From an uncultured virus (IMG/VR IMGVR_UViG_3300030085_002899) (Duplodnaviria > Heunggongvirae > Uroviricota > Caudoviricetes), in IMG/VR virus record IMGVR_UViG_3300030085_002899, positions 1-64,000 of that record: 64,000 bases of DNA, one strand, 5' to 3'. Every line of letters starts with the position of its first letter. The stretch's first letter is position 1. The notes beneath the pieces were generated by a model. The model saw only the letters and a program-made list of their open reading frames with translations. It was not told the origin of the DNA and made no database searches. Of this stretch, positions 58,673 to 64,000 are shown one piece after another. The translations under genes and the position numbers were made by a program.

Positions 58673-59302
58673 ATGCAGCCTAGAATAAGTGTAAAACAAG
58701 TAGTTCAAGCAGTTATTAGAAATTTAGGAGTTCAAGATGCAGCTTCTGAGTTTCATAATTTTGTTGAATGGGCATTTGAAGCTGAAAAGAAAATTGGTTC
58801 TTTTAAAACATTTGTAGTTAAAGAAGTAAGTATTTCTGTTAGTAATAAACAAGCTGCTTTACCAAATGATTTTATAGAATTAATTGATGTAAAAAATGCT
58901 AACAATCGTTTTTACGAAGCTGAGCAAAGACCTTTTCGAGAAAAGAATACTCACATGAATAGCTATAATACATACTATTTAACTAATGGTTTTATAAGGT
59001 TTAGTGAGGTTACAGATACTTCTATAGACATTGCTTACACTGCATTAGACACAGATGATGAAGGTTACCCAACAATAGAGGCTAATCACGAAGATGCTGT
59101 TTCTGCATATTTAATGTATAAATATAAAGCTAGAGATTATTATAATCAAAAACTACCTAAGTACATACATGACGATATGAAGCGTGAATGGTTTAGATTA
59201 TGTGCTCAAGCAAGAGGTAATGACAACTTACCTAATAGAAACCAAATGAGAGCTATTTCTAAATACTGGAATAGTTTAGTACCACATGTACCAAGATACT
59301 AA
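58673..59302 (+). CDS. Tail tubular (P22 gp4-like) ring protein
   Basis: EW..EA...IG, A.LP.DF, Y.....G.I, I.Y.A..TD.EGYP.I, W..LC.QARG. Confidence 0.75.
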   Translation: MQPRISVKQVVQAVIRNLGVQDAASEFHNFVEWAFEAEKKIGSFKTFVVKEVSISVSNKQAALPNDFIELIDVKNANNRFYEAEQRPFREKNTHMNSYNTYYLTNGFIRFSEVTDTSIDIAYTALDTDDEGYPTIEANHEDAVSAYLMYKYKARDYYNQKLPKYIHDDMKREWFRLCAQARGNDNLPNRNQMRAISKYWNSLVPHVPRY

Positions 59303-59305
59303 AAA

Positions 59306-62300
59306 ATGGCTAAAACAGTAAGACAACAACTAGCAGATTTAGCAGGAGGTAAAAAACCAAATGTATTTTATAAAGGTCTTAATACTGATACTGATGAGCA
59401 CTTAATTGGTAATGACCAATTTACTGATGCAAAAAATGTACGTATAAATTCAAAAGACACTGACCTTGGTACATTACAAAATTTAAAATCTAATTTATTA
59501 GAATCTACAATAAGCACACCTGGATGGGTTTTTACCCCTACATCTGTAGCTAATCAACATTTTTGGGGTGCAACAGCACCTGGAGATAGTAGTGTAAATC
59601 TTAGTAAGTTAAGTTTTGCATTTGAACTAACAGGTGGTTCTTTTGTTCAATTTGCCTCAAATCCTAGTGATGATTATAGAATAGATGTAGGTCTTACATA
59701 TGCAGATTTTATTTATGGTAGACCTTATTATGCTTCTTCTATAGCATATACAAACGATGATATAATTTTACACGTTTATGACTCATTAAAAAATAATGCA
59801 ATTTTTAATGCAGTTATGACGGTAGCTTTAGGGCAGACAGGTACTGTTAAAGGTAGTAGTTTGAGTTTGTATTTCTTTCCTAAAAACACTGCTTTAGTAC
59901 CAGACACGTCTAATTCAATTACTTTGTATAGAACTTTAGATGGAGCTACTACAAATACTACAGGTGGTACAAATTTGTTTTCTTCAACATCTTATGGAGC
60001 TGATGGATTTGGTTTAAATATATTAGCATTAGAATCTTTTTCTGATTACATGGCAGCTATATGTTTTAACTCTAACACAATACAAGCTGTTGTTAAAATA
60101 TTCACAAATGACGAAGGCCGTATATCTAGCTTTGAACCTGTTGTAATTAGTAATTTTGGATTAACAAATTATTATACAGCAATCACTACTCAAAAAGTTG
60201 AAGAAAATGAAAATTATAATCGGATATATTGGACTGATGGTGTAAACCCTATTAAGACTGTAAACCTTGAAGCAACAGGTGGTTTTTATAATGACTTTAG
60301 CGACCCAGATGATTTTAATTTATTTGCTAAGTCTTCTTTATCTCCTTTAGAGGTTGTAAGTGTTAAAGATGGTGGTTCTATTAATTGCGGTAGCTGGTCG
60401 TATTGTTATAGACTAAAAACTGATGATGGTAAAACTACAGTTTTTTCTCCTATAACTAATCCAATACCATTACCGAAAAGTAATAAAAATATTGAGTCGC
60501 ATTTAGTAGAAGGTGGTTTACTTTCTGATAACTCAGGTAAGTCTGTTACATTAACTATAACAGGTATAGAAGAAGTATATACATCTGTAGAGTTAATAGG
60601 AATACATTACTTAGATGAGGTTGGTGGAGCTGCTTTTTATTTAATTAAAGAAGAAGGCGTATCAAGCTCTATATGTAATCTTACTCATAATGGTAATGAA
60701 AGTACTACACCTATTACAGCCGCATCAATATTAACTAAAAAAAATACATGGGATGTATGTCAAGATATTGAAGTTAAAGACAATAGACTTTTTGCTGCTA
60801 ACTTAAAAAATCTTACAGATGAAATTGTAAGTGATTATAATACTTTTAAAGTAAAATCATATAAACACTCAGATTCAAGTGCTACATGGAGTCCTAGTTC
60901 AGGAACATATACAACTTATACAGATGACTTTGTAAATCCTGACCTTTATGAAGCAGAGCTTTATAAATATCCAAACACTGACACAACTCAATATAGATAT
61001 GCATTAGGGCCTTCAGGTACATCACCTTTAGTGTTCGGAGCAAGCACACCTACATATCACACTGCCAACACAGGTGTATATGTAAGTTTTAAGCTTAAAA
61101 AATTTACATTAAATCAATTCGAATATTGGCATAATTTTAAAGCTGATGTAGATGGTAGTGATGACTTTGAAACAGATGGTGTTTGTATACCTCCATTTGT
61201 AGGTGTTCATCCATATGGAGAAGACCAAAATTTCGATAACTATAAAAATCCTGTATTTGCTAATAAGTATGTTGGTTATATGCGAGATGAAATATATCGT
61301 TTTGGTATACAATTTTATGACAAGGATGGTAATCAATCTTTTACATATCCTATTGGTGATGTAAGGTTTCCGTCTATAGAGAATGATTTAAGAATTATAG
61401 GTACTACAATAGACACGTATTCATTTGCTACTGCTCCAACTAATAAATACATTCTAAAAGATGAATTAGGTAATGGTTATATACTTTACCCTGAATTTAG
61501 AATTAAATTATCTTCAGATATTAGAAAGAAGATTTCTGGTTTTAACATAGTAAGAGCTGAAAGAAATGATGTAGACAAACGTGTTGTTGCAGCTGGTATG
61601 TTAAATCAAACATTAATATACTCTAATGACTCAGAAAATAAAAGTCTTAAGAACAAAATAGGTTTAGATAAGATACCTTTATTTACTCAAAATACAAGTT
61701 ATAGTACAGGTGATTATGATTTTGGTGCTGCTGACCAAAGTTCAGTATATACTTTAGATACACCTGAAGTATTATTTAATTCTTTAAACTACATAAAGTC
61801 TGGTGAAGAAAAGTTAAAAATATGTAATAAATTTTTATGTAAAAGCTATACGACAGATGATAAACCTATGGCTGGAAACCATATTAATGTTACTTCAAGT
61901 TCTGGTAGTGATGTAGATTGGATGACACATGAAGGTACTGCAAGTACTTTTTTTGCTGCTCCTATGGAAGTAAATCATACGACAGCACCAGATTTAACAG
62001 ATAAAAAACAGAATTCTTTTTTTAGTTTATATTATTCAGATGATTCTGAAACCTCTCCTTTGCATACAACAGCGATAGCAGATTCAGGTCATTATTCAAA
62101 AACTTTGCATTTTGGTAAAAATGTAGGTGCTGATGAGCTTGTACCATCTTCTTTATTAAGTGCTACAAAAGATTTTAAAAATAGAGCTGAAGTATATACA
62201 GATTCAAATGTATTAAATCATATTAATCTTGACGGTGGTTTTATAGAAAGTGCTGATTCAAGGTTAATGATTGGTGGTAGAACTTTGATGTTAAATTTAA

Positions 62301-63940
62301 CGTCAGATAGTTTTTTTACATTTTCAAATCAATATATATTTCACACAGCTAATACTGTAACACCAGTTATTAAAAATAGTAACTATTACGCAGCAAAACC
62401 ATATGCCAAAATCATTAAAACAATGACAAATGATTCTGGTCAATATGGTGGAAATACAGATAATGCATTTATATCGCAAAGATGGATTTCTACAGGTGCA
62501 TCATTACATGGAGATGATATTACTGATGGCGAAATGATACTTTCAGTTTTTGGTGGAGATACATATATAAACATGTTATCTTTAAGTAAATTTCATCAAG
62601 AAACATATAATACTGGCTCTAAATTTAGATACACTCAAGGTTTAATTTTTCCTGTGGAATCAAGTATTAATGTTGATTTAAGAAGAGGTAATTATTTTGG
62701 TAAAAATTCTGCTGAGCTTCAAGTAGAAGATGAGTACTTAATAAGCTCATCATACTCTGCTACAAATAATTTAAAAAGTTTTCCATCAAAAGACCCTAAA
62801 ATAGAAATTGTTAATGATTATAAAAATTTAATAGCAGCTTCTAATGTAAAAATATCAGGGCAAACACAAGATGCTTTTGCTAGGTTTGATGCCAATGAAA
62901 TTTTTCAAGTTAACCCTAATTACGGGCCTATATACAACATAACATCTTTTAAAGATACTTTGTATGCTATACAGGAAAAAGCAATTTCAGTTCTTTCTAT
63001 AAACACTAGAGCGTTAATTCAAAGTAAAGATGGTTCTTCAATATCAATACAAAGTGAATTAGGTACTGGTACTGTAATAGAAAGGAATGATTATATAAGT
63101 ACAAAGTATGGAAGCCAAAATAGGTTAAATGCTATAAGTACTGATATGGGCTTATATTGGTTAGATAATAATAATGCTGCAGTATGTGTAGTACCTATAG
63201 CTAATAGAAATCAAGTAGTTAATCTGACTGAGTCAAGTTCGTGTTCAAGTTTGCTTTCAGAAATTAAAACTACAAGACTTAAAGATAATCCTTTAAATAT
63301 TGCACTAACTACAAATACAGGTGGTATAGATTTATCTTACAATCCTTACTATAATGAAATACTTTTTAGTATAAGTTATTACAAATCAGGATATAAACAT
63401 TTATGCGTTGCCTATGATGAGGCAAATAAAGTATTTTTAGGAAATAGAAGTTATAGTACTCTAGTTAACTGTACACATAGAGGTGTGTTATATTCTGTTG
63501 GTTATGAACATTCACAAACTTTTCAAGAAGCTACTGATGCTAGAAGAAAAAAAATATACAGTCATGATACTGCCGCTACAAACTATAATGTTTTTTATGG
63601 TACAACTACAGATAATCCAAATGTTACATTTGTTAATAATGAAGAGGTAGTATCATTAAAAGTATATGATAAAATTGTGCTTAGCACTCAAGAACATCTT
63701 GCTAGTGGAATTTTTAGTAAATTTGTTTTCAACACAAATGTAGATGCAGGAGAAACGTTAGATTTAGCTTCAACTAATATTGATAAAGTAATTGTAGGCA
63801 AACAAATTGTTCCTGTATTTGTAACGAAAAGACAAAAAGGCAATTATTTAAAAATTAAAATAGAGCAAAGTGTAAACCCAACTACTCAGATATTTAACTT
63901 ATTTTCAGTTGTTTCACACTATAGAAAGAATATTTTATAA
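59306..63940 (+). CDS. Tail stabilisation/muzzle protein (P22 gp10-like), 1544 aa
   Basis: F.KGLNTD, DA.NVRI, RIYWTDG.NP, KDNRLF.AN, GYMRDEIYRFGI.F, FGGDTYI, YG.I, YGSQ motifs. Confidence 0.85.
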   Translation: MAKTVRQQLADLAGGKKPNVFYKGLNTDTDEHLIGNDQFTDAKNVRINSKDTDLGTLQNLKSNLLESTISTPGWVFTPTSVANQHFWGATAPGDSSVNLSKLSFAFELTGGSFVQFASNPSDDYRIDVGLTYADFIYGRPYYASSIAYTNDDIILHVYDSLKNNAIFNAVMTVALGQTGTVKGSSLSLYFFPKNTALVPDTSNSITLYRTLDGATTNTTGGTNLFSSTSYGADGFGLNILALESFSDYMAAICFNSNTIQAVVKIFTNDEGRISSFEPVVISNFGLTNYYTAITTQKVEENENYNRIYWTDGVNPIKTVNLEATGGFYNDFSDPDDFNLFAKSSLSPLEVVSVKDGGSINCGSWSYCYRLKTDDGKTTVFSPITNPIPLPKSNKNIESHLVEGGLLSDNSGKSVTLTITGIEEVYTSVELIGIHYLDEVGGAAFYLIKEEGVSSSICNLTHNGNESTTPITAASILTKKNTWDVCQDIEVKDNRLFAANLKNLTDEIVSDYNTFKVKSYKHSDSSATWSPSSGTYTTYTDDFVNPDLYEAELYKYPNTDTTQYRYALGPSGTSPLVFGASTPTYHTANTGVYVSFKLKKFTLNQFEYWHNFKADVDGSDDFETDGVCIPPFVGVHPYGEDQNFDNYKNPVFANKYVGYMRDEIYRFGIQFYDKDGNQSFTYPIGDVRFPSIENDLRIIGTTIDTYSFATAPTNKYILKDELGNGYILYPEFRIKLSSDIRKKISGFNIVRAERNDVDKRVVAAGMLNQTLIYSNDSENKSLKNKIGLDKIPLFTQNTSYSTGDYDFGAADQSSVYTLDTPEVLFNSLNYIKSGEEKLKICNKFLCKSYTTDDKPMAGNHINVTSSSGSDVDWMTHEGTASTFFAAPMEVNHTTAPDLTDKKQNSFFSLYYSDDSETSPLHTTAIADSGHYSKTLHFGKNVGADELVPSSLLSATKDFKNRAEVYTDSNVLNHINLDGGFIESADSRLMIGGRTLMLNLTSDSFFTFSNQYIFHTANTVTPVIKNSNYYAAKPYAKIIKTMTNDSGQYGGNTDNAFISQRWISTGASLHGDDITDGEMILSVFGGDTYINMLSLSKFHQETYNTGSKFRYTQGLIFPVESSINVDLRRGNYFGKNSAELQVEDEYLISSSYSATNNLKSFPSKDPKIEIVNDYKNLIAASNVKISGQTQDAFARFDANEIFQVNPNYGPIYNITSFKDTLYAIQEKAISVLSINTRALIQSKDGSSISIQSELGTGTVIERNDYISTKYGSQNRLNAISTDMGLYWLDNNNAAVCVVPIANRNQVVNLTESSSCSSLLSEIKTTRLKDNPLNIALTTNTGGIDLSYNPYYNEILFSISYYKSGYKHLCVAYDEANKVFLGNRSYSTLVNCTHRGVLYSVGYEHSQTFQEATDARRKKIYSHDTAATNYNVFYGTTTDNPNVTFVNNEEVVSLKVYDKIVLSTQEHLASGIFSKFVFNTNVDAGETLDLASTNIDKVIVGKQIVPVFVTKRQKGNYLKIKIEQSVNPTTQIFNLFSVVSHYRKNIL

Positions 63941-64000
63941 TGAATTATAACAAAGGTTTTAAAAATCCGTATACAAAAAATATAAGTCTATCTCAATTTA
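63940..64000 (+). CDS. Start of the next ORF, 3'-truncated
   Basis: TAATG coupling; MNYNKGFKNPYTKNISLSQF runs to the window end. Confidence 0.5.
   Translation, partial: MNYNKGFKNPYTKNISLSQF

Noticed and set aside
1..64000. Stop-codon reassignment as found in some crAss-like phages
   Set aside because: Long ORFs are intact in the standard code, and TAG/TGA serve as real stops followed closely by the next start (e.g. 580, 22730, 23277, 26794, 29083).

Overview
AT-rich (roughly 30% GC by eye), densely coding, standard-code segment that is most likely the greater part of a crAss-like (Crassvirales-related) podophage genome infecting a Bacteroidota (probably flavobacterial) host. There are three blocks. 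(1) The + strand from 1 to 35037 carries virion cargo proteins, including a 4026-aa protein with a zincin HExxH motif and a two-barrel RNA polymerase catalytic motif (RIP...DKDGD). These are followed by tail/fibre modules, a cassette of host-envelope-type proteins (T9SS cargo, outer-membrane barrel, thioredoxin-like), lysis genes and small basic proteins. (2) The - strand from 35034 to 47594 is an early/replication block: DnaB, HU, DnaA C-terminal-like protein, RecE-like exonuclease, Sak4-like ATPase, SSB-like, NinB-like, RusA-like, DUF932, and a GATase-II/amidoligase/GGCT trio. No DNA polymerase or primase is recognisable in it. (3) The + strand from 47807 to 64000 is the crAss-type capsid block: TerL, portal, gene77-like, MCP, ring proteins, IHF-like, tail tubular and stabilisation proteins. 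The most notable observations are a thrice-repeated intergenic motif TTTTCTTCTTC-N5-CAG[CT]T heading the early strand (candidate virion-RNAP promoter, two copies at the same 63-nt offset from an ATG), a duplicated KSK..MFL[KR]DN motif bracketing the RNAP part of the giant protein (candidate self-processing sites), structured intergenic RNAs in the early operon, and a phage-borne T9SS/outer-membrane cassette. All family calls are by motif recognition only; no searches were run.
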